DNA from: Bacillota bacterium
GTDB taxonomy: Bacteria; Bacillota; Clostridia; Oscillospirales; Ruminococcaceae
NCBI GenBank assembly: GCA_023457355.1
Contig: JAEWLW010000054.1
Location: 28,420 to 92,419, forward strand
Reading direction: 5' to 3'
Length of the DNA: 64,000 nt
The position numbers and the translations under genes were made by a program. Of the stretch, positions 29,013 to 38,466 are shown in pieces; position 1 is the stretch's first letter; every line of letters begins with the position of its first letter. The notes beneath the pieces were generated by a model. It did not search any database, was not told the origin of the DNA, and saw only the letters and a program-made list of their open reading frames with translations.

Positions 29013-29203
29013 AGATTAAACACCGTCTTTACTGTCTCAAAAAGTGTGTTTATCTCATAAATCATCATCATCAAAACGACAATCAGCCCGGCCAGCGTTG
29101 TCATCATCGCCTGCTCCTCCCGCCCTGAGCGGATAAGCACCTGATTAAGCACCGACACAATGATGCCGACAGCGGCAATGCGAAAAATTAAATCGACGTC
29201 CAT
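29009..29203 (-). CDS. spoIIIAC: Stage III sporulation protein AC
   Basis: MDVDLIFRIAAVGI..GREEQA. Confidence 0.96.
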   Translation of the reverse strand: MDVDLIFRIAAVGIIVSVLNQVLIRSGREEQAMMTTLAGLIVVLMMMIYEINTLFETVKTVFNL

Positions 29204-29214
29204 CTATTTCCCTC

Positions 29215-29727
29215 CTAAAACAGTATGACAGCCAGTGAGAGCCCCAGCAGCGAGCCGAGCGTAGCCGAGAGCCGCCGGTTTTTTTCGCAGGAAACACGCG
29301 CCTCCGCGAGGATGGCATCCAGCTGCCCGGATAAAAGATCCAGCTGACCGAGCTGGGTATCGAGGTCGCTTGTCCCAAGAATGTCTCCCATCGAGGCCAG
29401 CAACCCGCGTTCCGGCGCGTCCAGCGGCTCGGTGCTGTTGTGCACTGCCTGCGCCCACGCGGACGAAAAATCTGTCTGTCCGATTTTTTCCGCAGCCGCT
29501 GCAAGATAATCGCAGCCGGACAGTACCGGATCACGTTGCAGGATGGTCAGAAGCTGCGCCGGTGGCGCCAGCGTAAAGCGCAGCGTGTGGCGCAGCGTCA
29601 AAATAAAGGTGCGCACCCGTTCAATTGCCGAAATGCGCTGCTGATACCGTGCGCCGTGACAGATCCCACCAATTGAGCAACTGAGCGCCAGCAGGGTCAG
29701 CCCCGTCATGCGAAGCCAGATCATCAA
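29215..29727 (-). CDS. spoIIIAB: Stage III sporulation protein AB
   Basis: LGTSDLDTQ, C-terminal LG.L.GL TM; operon position. Confidence 0.9.
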   Translation of the reverse strand: MMIWLRMTGLTLLALSCSIGGICHGARYQQRISAIERVRTFILTLRHTLRFTLAPPAQLLTILQRDPVLSGCDYLAAAAEKIGQTDFSSAWAQAVHNSTEPLDAPERGLLASMGDILGTSDLDTQLGQLDLLSGQLDAILAEARVSCEKNRRLSATLGSLLGLSLAVILF

Positions 29728-30604
29728 CCGAAAACACCTCCCTGATGCTGGATGGATGCGGAAATTCGCTTAACACAGCCACTTTTTGAAAGGCCCCGCT
29801 GCTCAGCAACAGTCGGCCCGCCTGACGGTTCAGCAGTTCCGCCTTGCTGCCCGCGTGGATGGTGGTGATAACCGAAACGCCGCAGTTGAGCGCATAAGCC
29901 ACCGCCGATACCTCCCGCTGTGAGCCCAACTCATCGCAAAGAATAACCTGCGGCGACAGATTGCGCACCGCCATCAGCAGCCCGTCCCCTTTGTCATAAC
30001 CCGAAAGCACGCAGCAGTTGCGGCAGAAGCCGCTCAGCTCGCCACGCTCGTCCACCACAACCACCCGGTCGCAGTTTTGAACCGCACCACGCGCCAGCGA
30101 TACGGCCAGGTCACGCAGGACTGTGGTTTTTCCGCTGGCGGGGGCGCCCGCGATCAGCAGGCCGCAGATGCCGCCGCCAAAGACCTCCCGCAGCAGCCTG
30201 TCCGCCACGCCGCGGTATTCTCTGGCGATGCGCAGCACGATGGCGTTGACGCCTCTCAAACTCATAAGCGCACCGTCGCTGCCATACACCGCCGTGGCCG
30301 CAAAGCCGGCTCGATGCCCGCCAGCCAGTGTGAGATAGCCCTGTGCCAGTTCGCGCTGATGGCTGTGGACGGCCTGTCCGCACAGCGAAATATAGCATTG
30401 CGCCAGCTCCTGTTCGGTGACAGGGGGCCAGTCACACAGCGTAACGCTGCGGTTATTCACCCGCAGCTGCGGGCAGGCGCCCGCTATCAGCCGCAACTCC
30501 TGCGCATTGGCGCACAGCGCATCCGGCAGGCCGGATAACTTTGTTTTCAGATTTTCCGAAAGCGAGGCGACCGCCTGCATAAACGCGGCTCGTCCAGAAA
30601 GCAT
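29621..30604 (-). CDS. spoIIIAA: Stage III sporulation protein AA (ATPase)
   Basis: GGHRAG, GAPASGKTT, VDERGE, PQVILCDELG, TIHA. Confidence 0.95.
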   Translation of the reverse strand: MLSGRAAFMQAVASLSENLKTKLSGLPDALCANAQELRLIAGACPQLRVNNRSVTLCDWPPVTEQELAQCYISLCGQAVHSHQRELAQGYLTLAGGHRAGFAATAVYGSDGALMSLRGVNAIVLRIAREYRGVADRLLREVFGGGICGLLIAGAPASGKTTVLRDLAVSLARGAVQNCDRVVVVDERGELSGFCRNCCVLSGYDKGDGLLMAVRNLSPQVILCDELGSQREVSAVAYALNCGVSVITTIHAGSKAELLNRQAGRLLLSSGAFQKVAVLSEFPHPSSIREVFSVDDLASHDGADPAGAQLLNWWDLSRRTVSAAHFGN

Positions 30605-30633
30605 TTTTAAATTCCTCCCCTCTTTCTACTGCT

Positions 30634-30664
30634 ATTTGTATGGACAGCCTTGAGGTTCTAGAAC
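30634..30664 (-). promoter_or_regulatory. Probable SigE promoter of spoIIIA
   Basis: - strand TCTAG..CATACAAAT resembles SigE -10 CATACA-T; spoIIIA is SigE-dependent in model Firmicutes. Confidence 0.5.
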
Positions 30665-30720
30665 AAAAACAAAAATACCGCGCTATCTTTTTAAGATAAC
30701 GCGGCACGTTCAGAGTGCTA

Positions 30721-31104
30721 TCAGGTTTTTTTCGTGATCGTGGTTCGGCAATTGGGACATGTGATGGAAATTTTGCCCCGGCCACGCGGCACACGCAGCA
30801 CCTGCTTGCAGCGCGGGCAGCTATAATAGCGGTGTTCCCTGTCTTTTAAACGACTGTTCCAGCGCTTAAAGAACAGAATGACCGGTTCGGCCTTCTGCAT
30901 AAAGACCCGGTTTTCAGCGCTGCGTTTATAAACATCGCGTGAAAGAAAGCGAACCCAAAATAAAACCAGTGGAATTAATGCAAGATAGTGCCACCAACCG
31001 CCCGGCAGCAGCAACGACAGCGCCAGATAAACACCCAATAAGGTCCATTGCAGCTGGTCGACACCATAGCGTCCAGCCATAAAATTGCGCAGCCAGTTCA
31101 TCAT
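30721..31104 (-). CDS. Conserved clostridial membrane protein with C-terminal zinc ribbon
   Basis: FMAGRYGVDQL, CPRC..RVPRGRG..CPNC. Confidence 0.85.
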   Translation of the reverse strand: MMNWLRNFMAGRYGVDQLQWTLLGVYLALSLLLPGGWWHYLALIPLVLFWVRFLSRDVYKRSAENRVFMQKAEPVILFFKRWNSRLKDREHRYYSCPRCKQVLRVPRGRGKISITCPNCRTTITKKT

Positions 31105-31931
31105 AATAATCCCCCAGTTTTTGTTTGTTGTTCCAGCTCCAGATAAAAACAGTTGAGGTTGCCGATGTAATTTTCCTTCCACGGCTTATTTCGGCCACAA
31201 TAATGCACAATAACGGTGTTTTGCCGCACCCATTCCAGCGTGAGCGGATGCTCCCAGTTTTCCGGGCGCAGGTTATAAAGATGGAAACTGCGCTCACTCA
31301 GGTTATAGCGCAAATGATCCACCGGCAGAATGCGCGTCGCATAGACGGCGTTGAGCACATCCTGGTCCGGCAGCATTAAAACCGGTTTATGTGTTTCGAT
31401 ATAGTCAAAGACCTCGTCCTCATTCTGCTCGCGGCGCAGGGCGCTGATATTCATCAGCATGACGCCGGAATTGACATAGCTGCTGCCCTGCGGCATGGAA
31501 AGGCGCAGGTCGTTGACCAGCGTCAGCTTGGAATTCGGTGCGATATGCGAAGCTGCCGCAAAAAGATTTTTGCCAAAATCCAGCGCATATAACGCATCCA
31601 GCGGGTTGAGCACGACGAGATCAGGATCCAGATATAAGATGCGGTCCACCGTCTCAGGCAAAAGCTGCGCCGCAAAGATACGGTAATACATCTCGACAGG
31701 ATAGCGCCCGCTCGTTGGTGCATTCGCTAAAAAGCCCTTTGGCACGACAATGGAATGAACCTCCAACCGCGCCGGGCAGATTTGCTTCAGCTGCACAAGA
31801 TGCGCTTGGGTTAAGGATGTGTGCAACACATAAAGCGAAACGTTCGCCGCCGGATTTGCCTTTAAAAGTGAAAACAGCATGACTTTCAGCGGTTTGAGAT
31901 AACCCGCATTGAGTGTTACCAATATGTTCAC
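31101..31931 (-). CDS. Glycosyltransferase family 8
   Basis: YYRIF, LYLDPD, NSGVMLMN, DQDVLN, HYCG..KPW. Confidence 0.93.
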   Translation of the reverse strand: MNILVTLNAGYLKPLKVMLFSLLKANPAANVSLYVLHTSLTQAHLVQLKQICPARLEVHSIVVPKGFLANAPTSGRYPVEMYYRIFAAQLLPETVDRILYLDPDLVVLNPLDALYALDFGKNLFAAASHIAPNSKLTLVNDLRLSMPQGSSYVNSGVMLMNISALRREQNEDEVFDYIETHKPVLMLPDQDVLNAVYATRILPVDHLRYNLSERSFHLYNLRPENWEHPLTLEWVRQNTVIVHYCGRNKPWKENYIGNLNCFYLELEQQTKTGGLL

Positions 31932-31980
31932 GCAGATGCCCCCACAGGAATGTTTTAACTTTTTCACCATCTTAAACACG

Positions 31981-32190
31981 ATATAATAAACCGCAAAATT
32001 GATTAATGCGCAATGGCTCGCCCCTTACGGGGCAACCGCCTTTGATGCACAATTATATCATTCACTATCGTTCATGGTATCATAACCGCAAAGCGGCTAT
32101 GATACCCCTTAATGCGCAACGGCTCGCCCCTTACGGGGCAACCGCCTGTTGATGCGCAATTATATCATTCACTGCGTTCATGATATAATA
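31981..32190 (+). repeat. Tandem pair (period about 106 bp) of dispersed palindromic repeat
   Basis: TTAATGCGCAA(T/C)GGCTCGCCCCTTACGGGGCAACCGCCT.. at 32003 and 32109. Confidence 0.9.
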
Positions 32191-32267
32191 TATCCTATAT
32201 TACCCTGCCTTCAAAGTCAATCAACCATTTTAGGGTTTTACAGTTTTGTTACATTCCATTAAAATAT

Positions 32268-32315
32268 AAAAAGGGCGATTACCAAATGCGTCAAGTCGCA
32301 TTTGGTAATCGCCCT
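32268..32315 (-). terminator. Intrinsic terminator
   Basis: AAAAGGGCGATTACCAAATGCG..CGCATTTGGTAATCGCCCT. Confidence 0.85.
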
Positions 32316-32340
32316 CCCGGATTATTGGTAAGCGGTTTAA

Positions 32341-33192
32341 TCAAAAAAGTATGTCTACCGCGTCATAAATTTCGGGGTAATAGGTTTTTTCGTAATCGGG
32401 ATAGCAGACATAATCCGCCACAATCTCCGCAAACCACTCCTGAATGCTGACGGTTGAATACAAACTGCCTTCCGCACTCCGATAGGTCGGGAACGCTTTC
32501 CAAAGCGCAATCCAGTCCGAATCTGATTCGGTCATAAACGAACTGTAACCCGCGGATAAGCCCAGCTGCCAGTCAAGATTATGGCCTAACTCGTGCGCCA
32601 GCGTACGCAGGTAAGTGTCTTCATATCCGCACCATTCTTCTATGTAGATGTCGCCCGTGGTAACAAACATACCGATGGCATCCGCACTGGCATTCGATGC
32701 AACATTTCGGATATCTGAAACAATATAGATGTCGCCCGAAAATTCATCAAGAAGCATATCCGGGATATCGGCCAAGGCATCGGTGATATCCAAAAGTGTA
32801 TCTTCGCTAACCTTGGAATCATACAGGCTGACGGTGATGCCCGCATAGGTTGTGCTGGCTAAGGATGAATCGCGTGTGGTGGTTGGCGGCTGGTGGCGGA
32901 TATCCGGTGCGACCAGACCAGTTTGGCCAATCGCAGTTTTTGCCCGGCTTGCCGCATCCTGCGCCTGCTGAGAAGCCTGCGGTGGCTGAGGCCTTTGTTT
33001 AGCAATCCGGTTTTGCCCGACAGAGTGCTGTAACGGTGCATTTCTGGCGGGCACCTGCTGCTGAACTTGTTTTAGCTGCCAAAATAAATTTGCACGACTT
33101 CCGCCGCCCACAGCAAACGCCGTCAGTTGGGTGCTAAGCAGTAGCGACACAGCAGTAACTGTCGCAAGAAATATTCTAAGCACTTTCTTCAT
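32341..33192 (-). CDS. Secreted zinc metallopeptidase (anthrax lethal factor/PPEP-like domain)
   Basis: Signal peptide, Q/P-rich linker, HELGH, downstream Y..EWFAE. Confidence 0.75.
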   Translation of the reverse strand: MKKVLRIFLATVTAVSLLLSTQLTAFAVGGGSRANLFWQLKQVQQQVPARNAPLQHSVGQNRIAKQRPQPPQASQQAQDAASRAKTAIGQTGLVAPDIRHQPPTTTRDSSLASTTYAGITVSLYDSKVSEDTLLDITDALADIPDMLLDEFSGDIYIVSDIRNVASNASADAIGMFVTTGDIYIEEWCGYEDTYLRTLAHELGHNLDWQLGLSAGYSSFMTESDSDWIALWKAFPTYRSAEGSLYSTVSIQEWFAEIVADYVCYPDYEKTYYPEIYDAVDILF

Positions 33193-33480
33193 GGCAAATT
33201 CAGTCTCCTTTATTTTTCTTAAATAAGGCAGAATATACCTTTTTTACCATTGTAGACGGCTGCATTGACGTTTTTAAAAAAACTATTCGATAAAAAGATG
33301 AAAATATAATGTGAGCCGCCCGAAAGCGGCCCACAACCTGACATGAAAATATAAATGCCCGCACTTTCCTGCATATATTGCAGAAAAACGATAGCCGGAT
33401 TGAGCGCTGTATGCGCGGGTATGAAAGACGGCAAGGACACACAGTGGCATAATGATTCGTGCGCTCTTGTGTTTTGGCCG

Positions 33481-33798
33481 TTACACGTCAAAATAGGAAC
33501 AGCAATAATCCACAACGCCGTCGGCAGAAACCTTAAACGCGCTGTTCGCGGGCACCTCCAATATTTGTCCTTCACTGTAAGCTGCCCAAGTTTCACTGCC
33601 GGGGAGTAAAGCGTTCAGTGTTCCCGCCAATATTTCCATCCGTTCTTTTGCGACCGTACCAAATTCATATTCGCCGGGTAAAATGATTCCCAGTGTTTGC
33701 CGGGTACCGTCCGCCAGTGTAACCGTGCGACTGGTCACCTTGCCGTCATAATAGACGTTTGCCTTTTTAACAATTGTTGCGTTTTGAAATCGGTCCAT
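33481..33798 (-). CDS. ppnP: Pyrimidine/purine nucleoside phosphorylase (DUF1255)
   Basis: KANVYYDGKVTSR, TLGIILPGEYEFGT, DYCCSY. Confidence 0.92.
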   Translation of the reverse strand: MDRFQNATIVKKANVYYDGKVTSRTVTLADGTRQTLGIILPGEYEFGTVAKERMEILAGTLNALLPGSETWAAYSEGQILEVPANSAFKVSADGVVDYCCSYFDV

Positions 33799-33913
33799 GA
33801 TAATCCCCCCGGAAGATTTATTTTTCAAGATACTACCACATACGCCGCCCAAAAAGCAATCATTTTTTTCTGTTTGCGCCATTATAAATGCACCGCAATG
33901 GCATTAAGCGGAT

Positions 33914-34432
33914 TCATCCCATCTGTTCGCCGTTAAAGTACATGTCTTGGAGTATCTGGATGCCGGTTCGGGTTTTGAACAGCTTTTGGCGAATCTGTCT
34001 GACAGCGTCTTCAGGCATAGCATCCTCATATATGTTGACCAGAAAATCCGCCTCGACCAAAATCTGATAGTCTTGCCCTGCGATATCGGTATAGGTGTGA
34101 TGGTGCCCGACCAGCCAGCAGACCCGCTCGATGATGCCCTCTGCTACGCCCAGCGATTGCAGCAAATTTTTTGCTTCGGGCGGGCCTTCAAGTTGCTGGT
34201 AGTAGCCGCTGGCACTTTGATATTTTTTCTCGCTGTTTTTAATGCCGATATCATGTACCAGCGCCGCAATTTCCAGAATCGTCCGGGTCGGGCTGTCAAG
34301 GCCTTCCCCCGCGCCAATGGCCTTTGCCAACCCAAAGACCTTTAGAAAATGGTTCGTGCGCCGCGCATCGCCTGCATCATAAGCGATCATCGCAATCAAC
34401 ACTTTAGAAATATCGTCCATCTTATTCACCAA
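33914..34432 (-). CDS. HD-domain phosphohydrolase
   Basis: HFLKV, VHDIG, GHHHT, EADFLVN. Confidence 0.9.
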   Translation of the reverse strand: MVNKMDDISKVLIAMIAYDAGDARRTNHFLKVFGLAKAIGAGEGLDSPTRTILEIAALVHDIGIKNSEKKYQSASGYYQQLEGPPEAKNLLQSLGVAEGIIERVCWLVGHHHTYTDIAGQDYQILVEADFLVNIYEDAMPEDAVRQIRQKLFKTRTGIQILQDMYFNGEQMG

Positions 34433-34505
34433 CCTTTAAGCTGAAAGATAACACCGGCAGCCGCAAATAAAAGGGCGGCGTGTGTTTGCCTGTTATTGAT
34501 GCGGT

Positions 34506-35384
34506 TCAGCACTGGCGTAAAACACCGTCGAAGGTTAAAATAGCCTGATAAAGATCCGGCCTGCGGTCCCTGAATATGCCCCACTCTGCCCTTTGGTCCC
34601 GGGCCATGTCCAAATCGATTTCCGCAATTAACACAGCCTCTTCTGTTCTTCCGGCTTCAGCCAGCTTTGCGCCGGTTGCGTCGGTTATAAACGAAGAACC
34701 ATAAAACGTTATTTCAGAATTCTCAATCCTTTCCGTCCCGATACGGTTGGAGGCCACGACCGGAACCAGATTACACGCCGAATGCCCAATCATGCAGCGC
34801 TGCCAGTGGTCCTTTGAATCCACCTGAGGGCTTTCCGGCTCCGACCCGATGGCCGTGGGATAAAGCAGCAGCTCCGCGCCCATCAGCACCATGCAGCGCG
34901 CCGCCTCGGGATACCATTGGTCCCAGCAGATGCCCACGCCGATTTTTGCATATTTGGTGTTCCATACTTTGAAACCGGTGTCCCCCGGGTTAAAATAATA
35001 TTTTTCTTCATAGCCGGGGCCGTCGGGAATATGACTTTTCCGGTAAACGCCCAAAACAGTCCCGTCGGCGTCGATCATCGCCATAGCATTGTAGCGGGCA
35101 TTGTTTTTCTTTTCATAAAAACTGATAGGCAGCACAACCCCCAGTTCTCTGGCTACCTCTTTAAAATGGGCAATGGCACGGTTGCTTTCCAGCTCGGTGG
35201 CGTAGCCGTAATATTCAGGCTTTTCCTTCTGGCAGAAATACAGTGTTTCAAATAGCTCCTGAATTAAAATAATGTTGGCACCTTTTGCGGCCGCTTCCCG
35301 CACCAGCCTGTCCGCATTCCGGATATTTTCTGCAATATCGGTACTGCAACGCATCTGTGTGGCGGCAACTTTAATAACATTCAT
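34506..35384 (-). CDS. aguB: N-carbamoylputrescine amidase
   Basis: QELF, YRKSHIPDGPGYEEK, ICWDQWYPE, YPTAIGSEP. Confidence 0.96.
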   Translation of the reverse strand: MNVIKVAATQMRCSTDIAENIRNADRLVREAAAKGANIILIQELFETLYFCQKEKPEYYGYATELESNRAIAHFKEVARELGVVLPISFYEKKNNARYNAMAMIDADGTVLGVYRKSHIPDGPGYEEKYYFNPGDTGFKVWNTKYAKIGVGICWDQWYPEAARCMVLMGAELLLYPTAIGSEPESPQVDSKDHWQRCMIGHSACNLVPVVASNRIGTERIENSEITFYGSSFITDATGAKLAEAGRTEEAVLIAEIDLDMARDQRAEWGIFRDRRPDLYQAILTFDGVLRQC

Positions 35385-35415
35385 GTTAAAACCTCAATAT
35401 AATCGGAATTTATGG

Positions 35416-36441
35416 TTAGCGGATACCCTTTGGAAACTGCTGCGTGACACAATGGATATTCCCGCCCTCGGTAACCAGAGCAGTGCTGTCGACTGTTACA
35501 ATTCGCCTGTCAGGAAAAACGCCGGCAAGCAGCTGAGCGGCTCTTTGGTCGGCCTGCGCCGCTTCGCAGCCAAATATCGGCAAAATAATACCCCCGTTCA
35601 CGATGTAAAAATTCAGATAACTCAACGTCAGACGCTTGCCCTGATAATACCGCGCAGGCGGTTGGGGGATTTCTATAATGTCAAGGCGGCGTCCTTTGGC
35701 GTCGGTTGCGTTTTTAAGGATACTCAGGTTCTCCTGTATGATGGGATAATTGTCATCCTTCGGGTCATCGCAGACTTGAATTATGACAGCACCGGGCTTT
35801 GCAAAACAGGCGACATTGTCGATATGGCCGTCGGTTTCATCGCCGTACAGGCCGCGATTAAGCCAAATCGTTTTTGAAACGCCGATACAGCGCGCTAACT
35901 CCTCTTCAATCTGTTGCTGGGAGAGCGCTGGGTTCCGGGTTTTGTTGAGCAGGCATTCCTTTGTCGTCAGCAGCGTCCCCTCGCCATCCACATGGATGGA
36001 GCCGCCTTCCAGCACAATCGGCGAATTGAGATAAGGCAGGTTGTAATGCGACAGAACCTTGGGTGCAACGGCGTTATCCAAGTCAAAAGGCGTATATTTT
36101 TCGCCCCACGCGTTAAACTGCCAGTTTACTGCCGAACATTCTCGCAGCGCATTGATCAGGAATGTCGGGCCATTATCACGAAACCACGCATCATTATGCG
36201 GTATGGTTAAATAGGAAATATCACTGCCGCACAGGGCCTGTGCCTGACCGGCAGTTGCTTCGTCAACAATCATGGTGACCGCTTCAAACTGCGCAATGGC
36301 TTGCGCAATCTTAGCATAATCGCCGCATACGCGTTCGTAGTTTTCCGGCCAGACCATCGACGACTGAACGGGCCAAGCCATTAAGGTTCTTTCGTGCTCG
36401 GCCCACTCTGCCGGCATATAAAATCGGTTGCTTTTATTCAT
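35416..36441 (-). CDS. aguA: Agmatine deiminase
   Basis: MPAEW, WFRDNGP, LEGGSI, TDGHID, GGNIHCVTQQ. Confidence 0.96.
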   Translation of the reverse strand: MNKSNRFYMPAEWAEHERTLMAWPVQSSMVWPENYERVCGDYAKIAQAIAQFEAVTMIVDEATAGQAQALCGSDISYLTIPHNDAWFRDNGPTFLINALRECSAVNWQFNAWGEKYTPFDLDNAVAPKVLSHYNLPYLNSPIVLEGGSIHVDGEGTLLTTKECLLNKTRNPALSQQQIEEELARCIGVSKTIWLNRGLYGDETDGHIDNVACFAKPGAVIIQVCDDPKDDNYPIIQENLSILKNATDAKGRRLDIIEIPQPPARYYQGKRLTLSYLNFYIVNGGIILPIFGCEAAQADQRAAQLLAGVFPDRRIVTVDSTALVTEGGNIHCVTQQFPKGIR

Positions 36442-36885
36442 TATTGTTTTTCCTACCTTCCATTATTGACCAACATACGCTAATGACGCATGCATCAGAC
36501 CGGTTGCAGCCACACAGTTTCCAATTAGGGAACTTCTACATCAGGCAAGCATTCCAGCACGCGCGCTTTTGAACATAACAAAATATATCTCTGGCGTCAG
36601 GCCGCAGCCAGAATGGTGCTGCCGTAAATGGGGCCGGCCAACGCTGTATTTATAATAAACTACTCGGAGCGGTATTACAATATTCTGCCTGCCTTATTCA
36701 TGAAAAACCCCTACCCTGCCCCATCTGCCCGGTCAGGTTTATTCTCTGGCAGCCTTTAATACAAGATTCCCTTATTACTGGGAATAATGATTGATATTAA
36801 TAAAATATGCTTGACAATTCTATGTCAAAGAATAGAATATACTTATTATTGATAAAAAATTGTCAATATTCTGGGGGTAAAGGCT

Positions 36886-37053
36886 ATGACAAATATTTAG
36901 GTATTGTCCCCGTCCGCTTGGAATGATTTTTCCCAATTCTATGCAAATGCTATAAAATCCGTTCTTCCTGTTGGGCTTTCTATTTTCTCATTATTTTTGT
37001 TATTCGTTTTCTTGTTAAATTTATTAAAGGTTGTCACAAAGCTTAATGTCTAG
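36886..37053 (+). pseudogene. Interrupted short single-TM ORF resembling a filamentous-phage major coat protein
   Basis: MTNI*VLSPSAWNDFSQFYANAIKSVLPVGLSIFSLFLLFVFLLNLLKVVTKLNV; stop at codon 5. Confidence 0.35.
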
Positions 37054-37099
37054 TCAACTAGACAACAAAACCCCATAGCTTATGCCATGGGGTAATGAA

Positions 37100-37333
37100 T
37101 TAAGCTGAATGAATATTTTTCAGGTCTTTAACATCTATTTCAATGTTATCCACCCATTCATAAAGGGTATTGACCTGTTCTTTTATCTGCTTGGTATCCA
37201 CTTTTATTTCCTGTACATCTGCTCTTAGTACATCAATGCGGTTGTTGGTTTTTTGAAGTTCAGCGTTATTCTTTTGAATCTCAAAATTCATTCGTTGCAT
37301 TTCTGCAAGTATAAGCTTCAAAGTCTCGTCCAT
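37100..37333 (-). CDS. Small coiled-coil hypothetical protein
   Basis: Heptad pattern; GGGAGG RBS; consensus promoter; hairpin at 37067-37096. Confidence 0.75.
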   Translation of the reverse strand: MDETLKLILAEMQRMNFEIQKNNAELQKTNNRIDVLRADVQEIKVDTKQIKEQVNTLYEWVDNIEIDVKDLKNIHSA

Positions 37334-37355
37334 TCTCAAACCTCCCTATAAGTAA

Positions 37356-37384
37356 ATTATAGGGCTTTCCTTTGCTTATGTCAA
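37356..37384 (-). promoter_or_regulatory. SigA promoter of small coiled-coil ORF
   Basis: Perfect TTGACA-17bp-TATAAT on - strand. Confidence 0.8.
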
Positions 37385-37471
37385 CGCATCGGACAACCAA
37401 ATATAAGTGTTAAAACCTTATCAGTACGAATATGAAGCCTCGCCTTGATTCATGGTGTTTTTCTCGTACTC

Positions 37472-38244
37472 ATGGTTGAGTTGGAACACGCTCTAAAGCT
37501 GTTGGATACCATGGGGCTTACCACCGCTGCTTGCGCAGATGGAACGGTCTTTACACGCGCAACATACCTACATACAGTTCTTAAATGAACTTCTGACAAC
37601 CGAGCAGCAGGAACGCGGACGAAAAGGTGAAGAAATGCGCACAAAACTGGCCCGCCTCCCGCACAGGAAGAGCTTGGACGAATTCGATTTCAGTGTTCAG
37701 CCCAGCATCGGACAAAAGGAAAATAAACGAACTGGCTTCTTTATCGTTTGCTGCTCGCACGGATAATATTATTCTTCTGGGGCCGCCCGGCGTTGGCAAA
37801 ACGCATCTGGCGGTGGGGATAGCTATGAAGGCACTTAAGGCCGGTCTTACGGTTTACTACACCAGTCTATCCCGCCTCATTGAAGATCTTAAACAGGCTT
37901 CTCAACAGAATCGTCTGGAACGGCGCTGGCGGGTTTATCTGCGCCCGGCTATTCTCATTATTGACGAGGTCGGCTATACCCAGCTCAACCGACTCGAAGC
38001 TGAATTGTTTTTCAGATTGGTATCTGAGCGCTACGAGCATGGCAGTATCATCCTGACCAGCAATAAGTTTTTTAGCGATTGGGGCGAACTGCTTAGTGAC
38101 ACAGTAATTGCTACAGCGCTGCTTGACAGACTGCTGCATCACGCCCATGTGATTAACATTCGTGGGCAGACTTACCGGTTAAAAGATCGGCTAAAGGCTG
38201 GTGTCCAAACGGTTCCTCCGGCGCATATTCCGGCGGTAGATTAA
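37472..38244 (+). pseudogene. istB: IS21-family helper ATPase IstB, two frameshifts
   Basis: MVELEHAL.. / ..KSLDEFDFSVQPSI / ..GPPGVGKTHLA..IIDEVGY..TALLDRLLHH in shifting frames. Confidence 0.92.
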
Positions 38245-38302
38245 TCGGCGTTTGGGTCATTTTCGTTCGGCGTTTTAGGTCAAAAATATTTCGGCGTTGA
38301 CA
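37472..38302 (+). mobile_element. Truncated IS21-family element (istA and left end missing)
   Basis: Right end with three TCGGCGTT repeats finishing ..GTTGACA at 38302. Confidence 0.85.
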
Positions 38303-38337
38303 CCTCGGTTGGGTATTAGCCAACACACGATTTCCAG
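38303..38337 (-). repeat. att site: 35 bp duplicate of tRNA-Ser 42647-42681
   Basis: CCTCGGTTGGGTATTAGCCAACACACGATTTCCAG identical at both loci. Confidence 0.95.
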
Positions 38338-38466
38338 AAATAAACTAGTAGTTTTCTTTGTGATTTGTTGCTGTTCTAGACTGTATTTGATGCTTTTAGA
38401 GCATTGTTTACAGGTGGCTTTTCAAAAGCGTGAGCAGATATGTGAGCAGAGTAATACTATTGAAAG

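Noticed and set aside
29621..29727. Frameshift in spoIIIAA suggested by the 107 bp overlap with spoIIIAB
   Set aside because: All ATPase motifs are complete before the overlap; likely a harmless C-terminal extension.
31981..32190. CRISPR array
   Set aside because: Only two long units with no unique spacers and no cas genes; it belongs to the dispersed repeat family.
33200..33480. Riboswitch upstream of the secreted peptidase
   Set aside because: Hairpins are present, but I could not match c-di-GMP, c-di-AMP or other aptamer consensus.
37379..37387. TGTCAACGC as the left end of the IS21 element
   Set aside because: Only a 9 bp match, without the internal TCGGCGTT repeats; better explained as the -35 of a perfect promoter on the - strand.
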